This document shows positions 27,780 through 37,664 of a DNA stretch of 64,000 bases, piece after piece. The DNA is from Parcubacteria group bacterium Gr01-1014_13 (lineage in GTDB: Bacteria; Patescibacteriota; Patescibacteriia; Magasanikbacterales; GWA2-37-8): NCBI GenBank assembly GCA_007376295.1, contig VMGB01000001.1:349969-413968 (forward strand), in the 5' to 3' direction. Within the stretch, counting starts at the first letter, position 1; each line of letters starts with the position of its first letter. The position numbers and the translations under genes are program-made. Below the pieces are notes generated by a model that saw only the letters and a program-made list of their open reading frames with translations, did no database searches and was not told the DNA's origin.

Positions 27780-28133
27780 TTAAATGTTTAATCTAACTAG
27801 AAGTATTGTCCCGATCATTAAAAACACATGGAAAAATAAAACCCAAACGCTCATAAGCCTGGCCAAAAATTTATCTACCGAATAAAACATTAATGAAAAA
27901 AAGTAATTTAACAAAATTACCGCCAAACCAAGCAAGGGTATAAAATAAATCCTCCACCATTCACCCACCAAATCTACTCCGAAAATTATATTATAATGCA
28001 AAAAAATCTGGGCAGCATCGGGCCGAATATTGGAAATCAAATACCACCACAAAAATATTTGAATCAAAATAGTGCCTAATAATGGCACCCCGGTCCAAAT
28101 ATCGCGAAAATATAGCTTGGGAGAGTAAAACAT
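27780..28133 (-). CDS. hypothetical 3-TM membrane protein
   Basis: 117 aa, hydrophobic, downstream of rodA. Confidence 0.4.
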   Translation of the reverse strand: MFYSPKLYFRDIWTGVPLLGTILIQIFLWWYLISNIRPDAAQIFLHYNIIFGVDLVGEWWRIYFIPLLGLAVILLNYFFSLMFYSVDKFLARLMSVWVLFFHVFLMIGTILLVRLNI

Positions 28134-28153
28134 GGTAATTTAGGGCTAGTCTA

Positions 28154-28182
28154 TTGACAATTACTATGAAATATATTATACT
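28154..28182 (+). promoter_or_regulatory. sigma70-type promoter for rpmA (TTGACA-17-TATACT)
   Basis: aTTGACAattactatgaaatatatTATACTatt. Confidence 0.5.
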
Positions 28183-28227
28183 ATTTTTACTAAATTAATC
28201 AATCTTTCTAACTTCAATAATAAGCAT

Positions 28228-28503
28228 ATGTCCCATAAAAAAGCAGGTGGTTCTACCCGGTTGGGCCGAGATTCCAATGCCCAGCGCCTAGGAGTAAAAC
28301 TCCATGACGGCCAAGCCGTACGAACCGGTATGATCATAATCCGCCAGCGCGGTACCAAATTCCATTTAGGAAAAAATGTCAAAAGAGGCGCAGATGATAC
28401 TATTTTCTCCATGGCTAATGGAAAAGTAAAATTCACCCAACATAAACGACGTAGATTTGATGGCAGCCTAAAAATGGCAAAATTTGTCCACGTTGAAGCC
28501 TAA
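28228..28503 (+). CDS. rpmA: 50S ribosomal protein L27
   Basis: [24 protein letters not shown]...[16 protein letters not shown]; canonical L27. Confidence 0.9.
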   Translation: MSHKKAGGSTRLGRDSNAQRLGVKLHDGQAVRTGMIIIRQRGTKFHLGKNVKRGADDTIFSMANGKVKFTQHKRRRFDGSLKMAKFVHVEA

Positions 28504-28520
28504 AAACAATCTTCAAAAAA

Positions 28521-28547
28521 ATCCTCCCAAATTTGGGAGGATTTTTA
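28521..28547. terminator. bidirectional rho-independent terminator (ATCCTCCCA-aatt-TGGGAGGAT + T-run)
   Basis: Perfect 9-bp stem between convergent rpmA (+) and the epimerase gene (-). Confidence 0.7.
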
Positions 28548-28558
28548 ATTTATATATT

Positions 28559-29467
28559 TTATAGGCCGGCCTCTTTTTTTAATTCGGCAACACCTTCTTC
28601 TAAAGTTATTGTTGGCCCCCAGCCTAGGAGTTTTTTAATTAATGTAATATCTGCCATTGTACTTCTTGGATCTCCTGGCCTAGGATCAACAAAGATATAA
28701 TCTCCTCCAATTAATTTTGCCACATCATTTACAGTATAAGGCTTACCATTGCCTACATTCATCACTTCACCATGGCCAACTTTTTCTGATTCCATAGCTA
28801 ATATGTTTGCCCTGGCAACATCATAGACATGAATATAATCACGAAGATATTCACCATCGCCACAAATAGTCATGGGCTTTCCTTCTTTGATCTGTTTAAG
28901 AAATTTGGCTACTACTAAAGCGTAAGCACCCTCTGGATCCATGTGTGGCCCATAAAGATTAAAATAACGAAGAGAAACAGTGTTAAACTTGTAAAGTTCA
29001 TAGAATAAACGGCAGTACTCTTCACCAACATATTTTTGCAACCCATACGGACTTAACGGCGCAGGCTTCATAGTTTCTACCAAAAGATCTGACTTTTGTT
29101 CTCCATAGGCTGAAGAAGAAGCGCTATAAACCAATCTTTTTACTCCATTATCCCGGGCAGACACCAAAACATTGAGAGTTCCGCCTATATTAATATCATT
29201 GGTTTCTTGAGGATTTTCTATCGAATATGGCATACGAGCCATTGCCGCCAGATGGAAGACTCCATCAACGCCAGCCATCACTTTGTTTATATCTTCCATG
29301 TTGCGGATGTCTCCTTCAACATATTTAACGTTGGGCTGTACTCTATCCGGAAATCTTCCGCCGCTATAATTATCAAAAGATACAACTTCATCACCTTTTG
29401 CTAAAAGCTGTTTAATAAGGTTTGTGCCGATAAAACCGGCTCCGCCGGTAACAAGATACTTTGACAT
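28559..29467 (-). CDS. NAD-dependent nucleotide-sugar epimerase/dehydratase (GalE/WbpP-like SDR)
   Basis: TGGAGFIG and YxxxK (YGLQK). Confidence 0.7.
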   Translation of the reverse strand: MSKYLVTGGAGFIGTNLIKQLLAKGDEVVSFDNYSGGRFPDRVQPNVKYVEGDIRNMEDINKVMAGVDGVFHLAAMARMPYSIENPQETNDINIGGTLNVLVSARDNGVKRLVYSASSSAYGEQKSDLLVETMKPAPLSPYGLQKYVGEEYCRLFYELYKFNTVSLRYFNLYGPHMDPEGAYALVVAKFLKQIKEGKPMTICGDGEYLRDYIHVYDVARANILAMESEKVGHGEVMNVGNGKPYTVNDVAKLIGGDYIFVDPRPGDPRSTMADITLIKKLLGWGPTITLEEGVAELKKEAGL

Positions 29468-29471
29468 AAAT

Positions 29472-30875
29472 TTAAATCTTACTTTTTAGAAACGAAGAAC
29501 CTACCGCTATTACGTCATAGCCTTTACTTTGTAATTCCTCATATTTGTCTTGAACCAACCGTCTGCCGTCCATAATTAAGTATGGTGGCGGACAAATTGA
29601 CTGAATTTTTTCGCCTAACAAACGGAACTGGGCCCAATCAGTTAAAATCAAACAAGCGTTGCTGCCCTTTAGCGCTTCTTCTTCTGTATCAAAATACTCT
29701 ATTTTCTCATAACGAGGATCATTTTTAGGGTTAAATAGATTTTTGAACATTGGCAGCGCAGCCGGGTCATAAATCCTGATTTTACTTACGTTAGAATTAA
29801 TAAGATGTCTTACTATATCAATAGCTGGAGAATGTCTAACATCATTTGTATTTTGCTTAAAGGCTACGCCTAAAACAGTAATAACTTTTCCATCCCACGA
29901 AAAACCAGCTTCTTTTTCGGCGCGGCTATAAAAATGATCGCGCTGAAACTTGTTTGCTTCAAGCGATAATCTAATTTGATGAGTGTTGGCGCCAGCTTCT
30001 TCCATTTGATGAGCCAAAGAAGCAGCGTCTTTTATAAAACAACTACCCCCAGCGTAAACACTGTCATAAAGCCCCCAAGTGCCTATCCGGGCATCGGTAT
30101 TAATTATCTGTCTAACATTTTCAAATTTTATGTTTGGAAAAAATTCACAAAGTCTGCCAATAACATCAAAGGTGACCGCCAATTTGCTAAACAAAAGATA
30201 GTTGGCCAATAATTTTCCAGCGGCCGCTTCATATGGATTTGTTTCAATGTATTTTACATTAGTGGAACTAAAACGGGCATATACCTCGCGCATGATCTTA
30301 AAATCCTGCTCTTTTTCAGCGCCGATTATTACCCTATCCGGTCTGATTGATCCTTCGATAGCTTTTCCTTCGACCAAAAATTCTGGATTAGACACTACGC
30401 CAAAATTTATTACTCCATGTTCATTCATTATCTGCGCCGTCATGTTTATCATGTTCACCGGTACTGTGCTTTTATTAACAATGACAATATACTTGCTTTG
30501 CTCGCCTTTATTTCGTTTGGCTAAATGGCTAGCTAATTCGTTGGCGGCTTTATAATAATAAGACAGGTCCGATTCTCCTTCAGAACCTTCCTTTTCCGGA
30601 GTCGGCAAACACATAAAGACAGCGTCGATATCATTTAAAGCCTTAACAACGTCATTATAATCAGCGGTAAAGGTTATTCTATCTTTATTGTTTGCAAGCA
30701 TTTTACAGAGGCCATCTTCCAACAGACATGACTCTATCTCCTCTACATTATTTGAGGCGAGCATTTTGATTTTTCTTTCATCTATATCATATACCAAAAC
30801 ATCATGCCCAGAGTCAGCCATTACAGCCGCGGAACAAGTACCAACATATCCAGAACCTATATATAAAATCTTCAT
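29472..30875 (-). CDS. ugd: UDP-glucose 6-dehydrogenase family
   Basis: GSGYVGT Rossmann, central catalytic Cys region (GGSCFIKD), C-terminal UDP-binding domain. Confidence 0.8.
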   Translation of the reverse strand: MKILYIGSGYVGTCSAAVMADSGHDVLVYDIDERKIKMLASNNVEEIESCLLEDGLCKMLANNKDRITFTADYNDVVKALNDIDAVFMCLPTPEKEGSEGESDLSYYYKAANELASHLAKRNKGEQSKYIVIVNKSTVPVNMINMTAQIMNEHGVINFGVVSNPEFLVEGKAIEGSIRPDRVIIGAEKEQDFKIMREVYARFSSTNVKYIETNPYEAAAGKLLANYLLFSKLAVTFDVIGRLCEFFPNIKFENVRQIINTDARIGTWGLYDSVYAGGSCFIKDAASLAHQMEEAGANTHQIRLSLEANKFQRDHFYSRAEKEAGFSWDGKVITVLGVAFKQNTNDVRHSPAIDIVRHLINSNVSKIRIYDPAALPMFKNLFNPKNDPRYEKIEYFDTEEEALKGSNACLILTDWAQFRLLGEKIQSICPPPYLIMDGRRLVQDKYEELQSKGYDVIAVGSSFLKSKI

Positions 30876-30880
30876 GATAA

Positions 30881-31747
30881 TTACGATTTAAAAATATTTA
30901 TACTTAACGCCAAAAACATTCTAAATTTAATTCCTAGCCAAACTATTAAATCAATTAAGAAGTTGTATTTAAAATGTTTTTTATAATACAACCACATCGC
31001 CTCATAGAAATTTACCAGGGATTTTACCCGGCGTTTGCCGCTGCTTTGACCACCAAAATGAATAATCTTGGCATCACTAACATACACTATTTTCCAGCCT
31101 TTATCAAGCACTCGTTTGCAAAAATCGAGATCCTCGCCATACATAAAAAATCTTTCATCAAAACCTCCAATTTCCGCATAAACCTGCCGACGAAACATCA
31201 TAGCTGCTCCAGACAAAGCCTGGGTCGAACCGGTAATTTCTGGATCAATGGCATATTGCTTGTACTGATTGACCAATTTGTTGTTTTTAAAAATTTTAGT
31301 CAGTCCAAATAAATGAAAAAGTGAATTTAAAGGATTTGGCAGCATTCTACGGCAAGCATGTTGAAAAGTCATGTCTTTATTAAGCAGTCTGGGCCCGACC
31401 AGCATAACATCAGCATGTTGATCCAGATAATTTACCAACTTGTTTAAGGCGCTATCTAAAACCACGACATCGGTATTTAAAAACATTAAATAATCACCTT
31501 GGGCAATTTTTAATCCTTGATTGTTAGCTTTGCCAAAACCGCGATTATCCGGATTGACAATTAAAACTACTTGCGGGAATTCTTTTTTTATCATTTCTAC
31601 ACTGTTGTCTGCCGAATTGTTATCAACCACAATTACTTCAAAATCTATCCCGCTAGTTTCTTTATAAATAGAAGCAAGCGCCTGTTTGGTCAGGTCGCAA
31701 GTGTTCCAATTAACTAAAATCACAGACAATTTCATACTAATTTTCAA
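30881..31747 (-). CDS. family-2 glycosyltransferase
   Basis: VVDNNSADNS, NRGFGKANN, YGEDLD. Confidence 0.7.
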   Translation of the reverse strand: MKISMKLSVILVNWNTCDLTKQALASIYKETSGIDFEVIVVDNNSADNSVEMIKKEFPQVVLIVNPDNRGFGKANNQGLKIAQGDYLMFLNTDVVVLDSALNKLVNYLDQHADVMLVGPRLLNKDMTFQHACRRMLPNPLNSLFHLFGLTKIFKNNKLVNQYKQYAIDPEITGSTQALSGAAMMFRRQVYAEIGGFDERFFMYGEDLDFCKRVLDKGWKIVYVSDAKIIHFGGQSSGKRRVKSLVNFYEAMWLYYKKHFKYNFLIDLIVWLGIKFRMFLALSINIFKS

Positions 31748-32702
31748 ATTTTACTTTACCAGTATACCTCTCATAAACCCCGACTGGCCAACCGCACATT
31801 TTGGCGATATCCCCATAAACAATAATAAATGGTAAAAAAACAAATCCCAAAATTTTACTAACTAAAGAAAGTTTCTCGCAATATATAAACCATCTTTTCC
31901 AAAATTTTCTTAAATAATCCAACCAAACAAGCAGTAATAACGCCCCTAATAATGGACCTGTTTTAAGGCTTAAATACAAAAAAAATATATTTACAGAATA
32001 AAAAACATATCTTGCCATCTGGCGATGGAACCATAATTTACCATGACCATCGCTTCTGGTATAACCAAACAATTGTTTAAAGTAACTTTTTAAATTGGTC
32101 CTAGGTCGCCAAAAAACCAACGGCTCCCGTATATACTCTGTTTTTATTGCTAATTTAGAAATTTTTAAATCAAAAACTACATCTTCGCACAACGGAATCC
32201 ATTCTGGATAACCACCCGCCTGTTGCCAAACTTCCTTTTTAAAAGCAACCGAACGGCTGGACGGCAACCAATTTTTTCTAAATTCAAAAGGTGCGGGGAT
32301 AGTAGCGGCGGCTATGAGCCGCGTCAATAAGCTATCATTTGCCTTAAACCATGGACCAAAACCGGTAGCCACAAAACTGCTTTGGCCAGACAAAATTGGA
32401 TCGGTAATTTTTCTAAACCAATTAACATCATAATTACAACCAGCATCAGTTACGACGATTATTTCGCCCTGCGCCTCGCCGATGGCAAAATTTCTGCCGG
32501 CAGATATATTCCCAGGGTATTGCCAAACTTTTACCAAGCTATTTTGCCTGCTTTTTTCCTGCAGCATTTCCCAGGTGCCATCTTTCGAACCTCCATCGAC
32601 GATAATTATTTCTTCGGGCAAAACCGTTTGCGACAAAACCCCCTCTAGCCAATCGGCTAAATTACCGCTTTCGTTTAAAACAGTAGTGATTAGAGAGATC
32701 AT
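31737..32702 (-). CDS. family-2 glycosyltransferase with C-terminal TM helices
   Basis: IIVDGGSKDGT, TDAGC and a hydrophobic C-terminus. Confidence 0.7.
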   Translation of the reverse strand: MISLITTVLNESGNLADWLEGVLSQTVLPEEIIIVDGGSKDGTWEMLQEKSRQNSLVKVWQYPGNISAGRNFAIGEAQGEIIVVTDAGCNYDVNWFRKITDPILSGQSSFVATGFGPWFKANDSLLTRLIAAATIPAPFEFRKNWLPSSRSVAFKKEVWQQAGGYPEWIPLCEDVVFDLKISKLAIKTEYIREPLVFWRPRTNLKSYFKQLFGYTRSDGHGKLWFHRQMARYVFYSVNIFFLYLSLKTGPLLGALLLLVWLDYLRKFWKRWFIYCEKLSLVSKILGFVFLPFIIVYGDIAKMCGWPVGVYERYTGKVKFEN

Positions 32703-32778
32703 AAATATTTAACTCTATCGCTTGATTATACCGTATATAAGCGTAATTTGACAAGTTGTATCATACCACCAAAAGGTA

Positions 32779-32807
32779 TTGACATATCTATTTATTTAAG
32801 GTATAAT
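32779..32807 (+). promoter_or_regulatory. sigma70-type promoter (TTGACA-17-TATAAT) for the lipoprotein gene
   Basis: Perfect consensus hexamers with 17-nt spacing. SD AGGAGTAAC lies 7 nt before the ATG. Confidence 0.55.
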
Positions 32808-32866
32808 TGGCGACATTCTGGTAGGCGTTCTATTCAGAAAAACCAAATCTTTCAGGAGTAACACAA

Positions 32867-33154
32867 ATGCGTAGAAAGATGTTCATGATCAGCTCGGTAG
32901 TAGTGGTTTTAACTATTGGGGCTTGTGAAAAACGTCAACCACCTCCAATAAATACCGCGGTGGAAAGCGCTCCAGTATCACTGATGCAACAGCTAGACCA
33001 GGTCGGTATCCAAATAAAGCTGAATACCTTGACCGTTGTCTGTGATCCGGCAAGGGGAAACCTTATTTATATCGTCGGTGGAGGCGGCGGATTTGGTGGA
33101 ACCAATGGACAGATAGACGTAGCGCTTGCAGTAGTCCATCAACCCTGCCAATAA
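32867..33154 (+). CDS. small lipoprotein, hypothetical (Gly-rich C-terminal region)
   Basis: Signal peptide with lipobox LTIGAC and a GGGGGFGGTNG stretch. Confidence 0.45.
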   Translation: MRRKMFMISSVVVVLTIGACEKRQPPPINTAVESAPVSLMQQLDQVGIQIKLNTLTVVCDPARGNLIYIVGGGGGFGGTNGQIDVALAVVHQPCQ

Positions 33155-33178
33155 TAAGGATTTTCTACCATATCAAGC

Positions 33179-33212
33179 GGGGCATTCACGCATAGCGTAG
33201 TGCCCCTTTTTT
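33179..33212 (+). terminator. rho-independent terminator (GGGGCA...TGCCCC + T6)
   Basis: GGGGCAttcacgcatagcgtagTGCCCCtttttt after the lipoprotein gene. Confidence 0.6.
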
Positions 33213-33300
33213 ATACCATATTGCAGTAAGTTGATATATAATATACTATACTGAAAAGATAGTTTACATTTAACTTTTCTTCTCATCACTCATTTCCTTT

Positions 33301-34437
33301 ATGAGACCAACAACAATCGCTGTAAATGCCCGCATGTTGCTAAAAAATCGACTTGATGGCATAGGCTGGATAGCCTACCACACCTTGAAACGCATGGTGC
33401 AGGAACACCCGGAAATTAACTTTATTTTTTTATTTGACCGAAAATACGACAAGGAATTTATCTTTGGTCCAAATGTTACTCCATATGTAGTTTTCCCGCC
33501 AACTCGCCATCCGGTTTTATACGTTCTGTGGTTCCAAATCGCTATCCCCCGTATCCTAAACAAACTTAAGCCGGATTTATTTTTATCCCATGACGGCCTG
33601 ATAACATTGGGAGCAAAATACAAACAACTCTCGGTTATCTGCGATATTAATTTTTTTCATTACCCTAAGGATCTCCCGTTTGCTTACCGTACTTTCTTTA
33701 ACTTTTTTTTCCCGCGCTACGCAGCCCAAGCAACTAGAATTCTTACCATATCTAACTTTTGTAAAAATGATATTGTAAAAAGCTATCACACTAACCCAGA
33801 CAAAATAGATGTAACATATGTTGGCGTAGAAAGCTCTTTTGCCCCACTCCCGGAAGAAAAACAAGCAGAAGTTCGCGCAAAACATACCGACGGAAAAAAA
33901 TACTTTATTTTTGTCGGCTCAATTCATCCAAGAAAAAATATTGTTGGATTGCTAAAAGCATTTGAACTATTTAAACAAAAAAGCGGCAGCGACTATAAGT
34001 TGGTGCTGGCCGGATCATTTTTTTGGGGCAAAAAAGAAATCAACAAAACCTTGGAAGAAATGAAATACAAAAATGATGTTATTTTTACAGGCCGTACACC
34101 TGATAATACTTTGCGCGAACTGCTCGCTTCGGCATTTTGCCTAACATTTGTTTCTTACTTTGAAGGTTTTGGTATTCCTCTAATCGAAGCGATGCGCTGC
34201 CATACTCCCATTATTTCCTCAAACGTAACCTCATTACCGGAAGTAGCTGGCGATGCAGCGATATATGTTGATCCGTTTAATATTGAAGATATGTGCCGCG
34301 GAATGCTTACCATGTATCAAGACGAAACTTTGCGCAATTCACTTATAAAAAACGGCATTGAACAGTATAAAAAATTTACTTGGGATGCTTCGGCTCAAGG
34401 TTTTTGGTCGAGTATACAAAAAACCTTATCCCAATAA
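33301..34437 (+). CDS. family-4 (GT-B) glycosyltransferase
   Basis: EX7E-type motif (EGFGIPLIEAMRCHTPII), FVGSIHPRKN. Confidence 0.8.
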   Translation: MRPTTIAVNARMLLKNRLDGIGWIAYHTLKRMVQEHPEINFIFLFDRKYDKEFIFGPNVTPYVVFPPTRHPVLYVLWFQIAIPRILNKLKPDLFLSHDGLITLGAKYKQLSVICDINFFHYPKDLPFAYRTFFNFFFPRYAAQATRILTISNFCKNDIVKSYHTNPDKIDVTYVGVESSFAPLPEEKQAEVRAKHTDGKKYFIFVGSIHPRKNIVGLLKAFELFKQKSGSDYKLVLAGSFFWGKKEINKTLEEMKYKNDVIFTGRTPDNTLRELLASAFCLTFVSYFEGFGIPLIEAMRCHTPIISSNVTSLPEVAGDAAIYVDPFNIEDMCRGMLTMYQDETLRNSLIKNGIEQYKKFTWDASAQGFWSSIQKTLSQ

Positions 34438-35445
34438 CGTTGTAGCTTCTCCGGCTTGTCTGCGCCGAATCCACTGCGCAGTTTTTAAAATTCCTTCACG
34501 AAGTGAGATTGTAGGATGCCAATCGATTGCCTTCTCTAACTTTTCGGCTATCATCTCACGGCGCACGGCAGTGACGGCCTTTGTTTCTTTTACTACATAC
34601 TCAAAAGGTCTTTCGTCGCCCAACAGCTCCCAAACCAATTTTGCCGCATCAACAATTTTTGTCGCTTCGCTTGTACCTACATTAAAATCGGTATTCATAA
34701 CTTGAACATCTCGTTGTACGGCCTTTTCTACAATTGCTACTGTTGCCGCCACAGCGTCATCAACATAGGTAAATGGTCTGGTTGCATCTTCGCCACCCAA
34801 AAGTTCAAGCGGGTATTGCCCAGATAAGACCTTCTCAATAAACGCAGGCAGAACATGAATATCGCCGGGAGTTGATCCTTTTGAATCTTCTCCAGGACCA
34901 TAGATGTTATGATAACGAAGAATTACATACGGCATCTGATACTGGGAAAAATATGCACGGCAAAAATATTCACCAGCTAATTTTGACATACCATATACAT
35001 TGGTTGGAAGGTAAGCTTTGGACAAATCTTCTTCACGATATGGAAACACCGTAGATCCTTGAAACGCCATGGAGCTTCCAGAATAGATAATACATGGTTT
35101 GCCAGCATCAAGCGCGGCTGGATAGACCGCAGCATCAATGGCCATATTTTCCTGAAGAATTTCTGCCTGATGCTCATGCATATAGGTTAGCGATCCGATG
35201 TTGGCAGCGAGATGCAAAATAGTATGCGCGTCAGCTAATGCGGATTTGGCAAAAGCAGAATCACGAAGATCGCCTTGTCTTATTTCAACAGAGCTATCAA
35301 ACTCAATACCGCGTTCTTTGGGATGTACTTTATCCACGACTACCACAGGATAACCAAGCTTACAAAGCTCAATAACTACGCGGCTGCCCACATAACCGCT
35401 CCCCCCGGTAACAATAATCTTTTTATCTTTCCCCAAGTCCTTCAT
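34426..35445 (-). CDS. NAD-dependent nucleotide-sugar epimerase/dehydratase (SDR)
   Basis: TGGSGYVGS and YGMSK. Confidence 0.7.
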   Translation of the reverse strand: MKDLGKDKKIIVTGGSGYVGSRVVIELCKLGYPVVVVDKVHPKERGIEFDSSVEIRQGDLRDSAFAKSALADAHTILHLAANIGSLTYMHEHQAEILQENMAIDAAVYPAALDAGKPCIIYSGSSMAFQGSTVFPYREEDLSKAYLPTNVYGMSKLAGEYFCRAYFSQYQMPYVILRYHNIYGPGEDSKGSTPGDIHVLPAFIEKVLSGQYPLELLGGEDATRPFTYVDDAVAATVAIVEKAVQRDVQVMNTDFNVGTSEATKIVDAAKLVWELLGDERPFEYVVKETKAVTAVRREMIAEKLEKAIDWHPTISLREGILKTAQWIRRRQAGEATTLLG

Positions 35446-36736
35446 ATGTAATATGACTATATGATTTTATAACTTTAGAATCAAACAAATGCCAACCATC
35501 AAAAAAGAACGCCTGCTGATTTAAATTTGGAAGTAATTTTTCAATATCAAAATATTCATACGACACATGGTTGTTCATAAAGAGAACACAATCCGCGCCT
35601 TGAAAACCTTCTTCCAGTGTGCACGGCGTAATACCAAGCCCAACAATTGCTTCTCTTTTTACCACGAAATCATGGCCATGTATATTTTTCGCACCCGCTT
35701 CCTGGAGACATTTTAGAAAATCTACTGTTGGAGAACCGCGCAGATCGTCGGTCTCTGGTCTTCCTTTAAATGCCAATCCGGAAACAAAAATTTTTGCGGT
35801 CGCTATGTCTTTACCATTGGCAGCGCAGTGTTTTCGAACCAGGTCAGCGGTAAATACAGGCAAAGATTCATTTACCTTACGTGCCATCGCTACCAACTGA
35901 GGTGTATATCCAGCGGTCGTAGCAAAATCAACTAGAATATGCGGATCTTTTTCCAAACAGGCTCCTCCCACAAATCCAGGTACTGGCACATTGGTTCTAG
36001 GATATCCGAAATTAGCTGCTTCTATGAGCTCTATAGCGTTCAAGCCGAGTTGACGAGACACCATAGCTACTTCATTAGCAAAAGCAAACGTAAGATCCCT
36101 ATATGAATTATCTAAAATTTTAATCATTTCAGCTGACTCAAGAGAAGAAACTCTAATGATAGTTTTAGTAACTTGAATAAAAATTTCCGAAGCTTTATTT
36201 AAGCTTTCTTCGTCTAGCCCGCCAATAACCTGTGGCAGATATTTCAATTCGGAAAGTGCTTTCCCTTCAATTGTACGCTCAGAGGCAAAAGCCAAATAGA
36301 AACGCTCCTTCTGATGTTTCTGTATCATGGGCAATACATAATTTCTGGTAAGCCCTACCGGTACTGTGCTGCGCAATACTACCAAACCACCCGGTCGTAA
36401 GTTCTTGGCCACATCGGTAACAGCGCTTTCAATATGGCTGATAATTGGTTTTTTAGTACTTTTATCAAGCGGTGTTCCTACGGATATAACAAAAACATCC
36501 ATCGCTATGTCTGCGGGAATGGTTGCGGAAATAAACAAATTTTTATTAACAAATTTTTTTAAAAGCACCTCGAGCCCTTTCTCATGGAAATGCGGCTTGC
36601 CATTTCTTAGCTGTTCCGCGAGCTCTTCGCTCTTAGTAATGCCGTAGACTTGGAATCCTTTTTCTGCAAGCACTACTGACAAAGTAAGCCCCACATATCC
36701 CAGCCCTACCACACAAATCTTTTTTGATTCCACCAT
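35423..36736 (-). CDS. nucleotide-sugar dehydrogenase (UDP-ManNAc/UDP-GlcNAc dehydrogenase, WecC/WbpA-like)
   Basis: VVGLGYVGL Rossmann, catalytic Cys (GGACLEKD), C-terminal NDP-sugar binding domain. Confidence 0.75.
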   Translation of the reverse strand: MVESKKICVVGLGYVGLTLSVVLAEKGFQVYGITKSEELAEQLRNGKPHFHEKGLEVLLKKFVNKNLFISATIPADIAMDVFVISVGTPLDKSTKKPIISHIESAVTDVAKNLRPGGLVVLRSTVPVGLTRNYVLPMIQKHQKERFYLAFASERTIEGKALSELKYLPQVIGGLDEESLNKASEIFIQVTKTIIRVSSLESAEMIKILDNSYRDLTFAFANEVAMVSRQLGLNAIELIEAANFGYPRTNVPVPGFVGGACLEKDPHILVDFATTAGYTPQLVAMARKVNESLPVFTADLVRKHCAANGKDIATAKIFVSGLAFKGRPETDDLRGSPTVDFLKCLQEAGAKNIHGHDFVVKREAIVGLGITPCTLEEGFQGADCVLFMNNHVSYEYFDIEKLLPNLNQQAFFFDGWHLFDSKVIKSYSHITYEGLGER

Positions 36737-36808
36737 ATAATTTCTTGCTTTTATTGCTTAGCTATTTAAGACATCCCATTATACGCTCTCTAAAGACAAC
36801 TGTCAATT

Positions 36809-37663
36809 TCAAATCTTCCTTGCTACCAAAGACAAAGTATCTCGCACATTAATCGGTATGGCGAAGTCCTTTAAGAAACTTTTAGCTGACCATTCGGCTA
36901 GTTTGGAAAAGATTTTTAATCCTGTCCAACTATAGAGCAATCGGATTATATAAGGGACAGTAAACCATTTGCCATGGTGCGCTGTATGCACAACTTCAAA
37001 ACCATTTTTTTCCAAGATAGAACCAAGATTTTTGGCAGAGAAATAAAACAGGTGCTGCGGCGGCACAAAGGCATGCCATTTTTTATTCCAAACTCTGGCC
37101 CACAAACTACCAGCATCAGGTGTAGTGAAAAGCAACAGACCTTTGTCTGCAAGCAAGTTTTTTGCTCTATTTATAACATCTACCGGGTCTTTTACATGCT
37201 CAATCACATCCTGCATTACTATTACATCAAATTTCTTTACACTTTGGTATGATTCAAGTGTTGTGGCGGAGGCTGCCAAACCCTTTTCCTGGGCTTTTTT
37301 CACAGCATACTCAGATATATCAATCCCCTCTGTTTCCCAGCCTCTCTGGCGGGCTAAATCCATAAAAAATCCAGTAGCACAGCCTACTTCAAACATACTA
37401 ACCTGGCCTTGTTTGTGAATATATTTAGCAAGCAGGTCGATGTAGTCGATATAGGTTTTTTTAGTTACTTCTTTATCTAAATCATAATCAATATAGCCAT
37501 CGAGCGTCACATCTCCGGTGAAATATCCTTCCGAATAATATGGACTCAGATCTGCTGGAATATTTTCTACGGCCATCAATTTGCAGGACGGGCAACGCAT
37601 AATATGAAAAGTTTTCTTCACAAAATATGGTTCCATTTTTGTCTGACAATTAATACAAATCAT
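36809..37663 (-). CDS. class I SAM-dependent methyltransferase with N-terminal zinc ribbon
   Basis: CxxC...CxxC at the N-terminus. Motif I VGCATGFF. Acidic motif II. Confidence 0.65.
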   Translation of the reverse strand: MICINCQTKMEPYFVKKTFHIMRCPSCKLMAVENIPADLSPYYSEGYFTGDVTLDGYIDYDLDKEVTKKTYIDYIDLLAKYIHKQGQVSMFEVGCATGFFMDLARQRGWETEGIDISEYAVKKAQEKGLAASATTLESYQSVKKFDVIVMQDVIEHVKDPVDVINRAKNLLADKGLLLFTTPDAGSLWARVWNKKWHAFVPPQHLFYFSAKNLGSILEKNGFEVVHTAHHGKWFTVPYIIRLLYSWTGLKIFSKLAEWSAKSFLKDFAIPINVRDTLSLVARKI

Positions 37664-37664
37664 A

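Noticed and set aside
28176-28436. 86-aa minus-strand ORF overlapping rpmA
   Set aside because: Overlaps the well-conserved L27 gene on the opposite strand.
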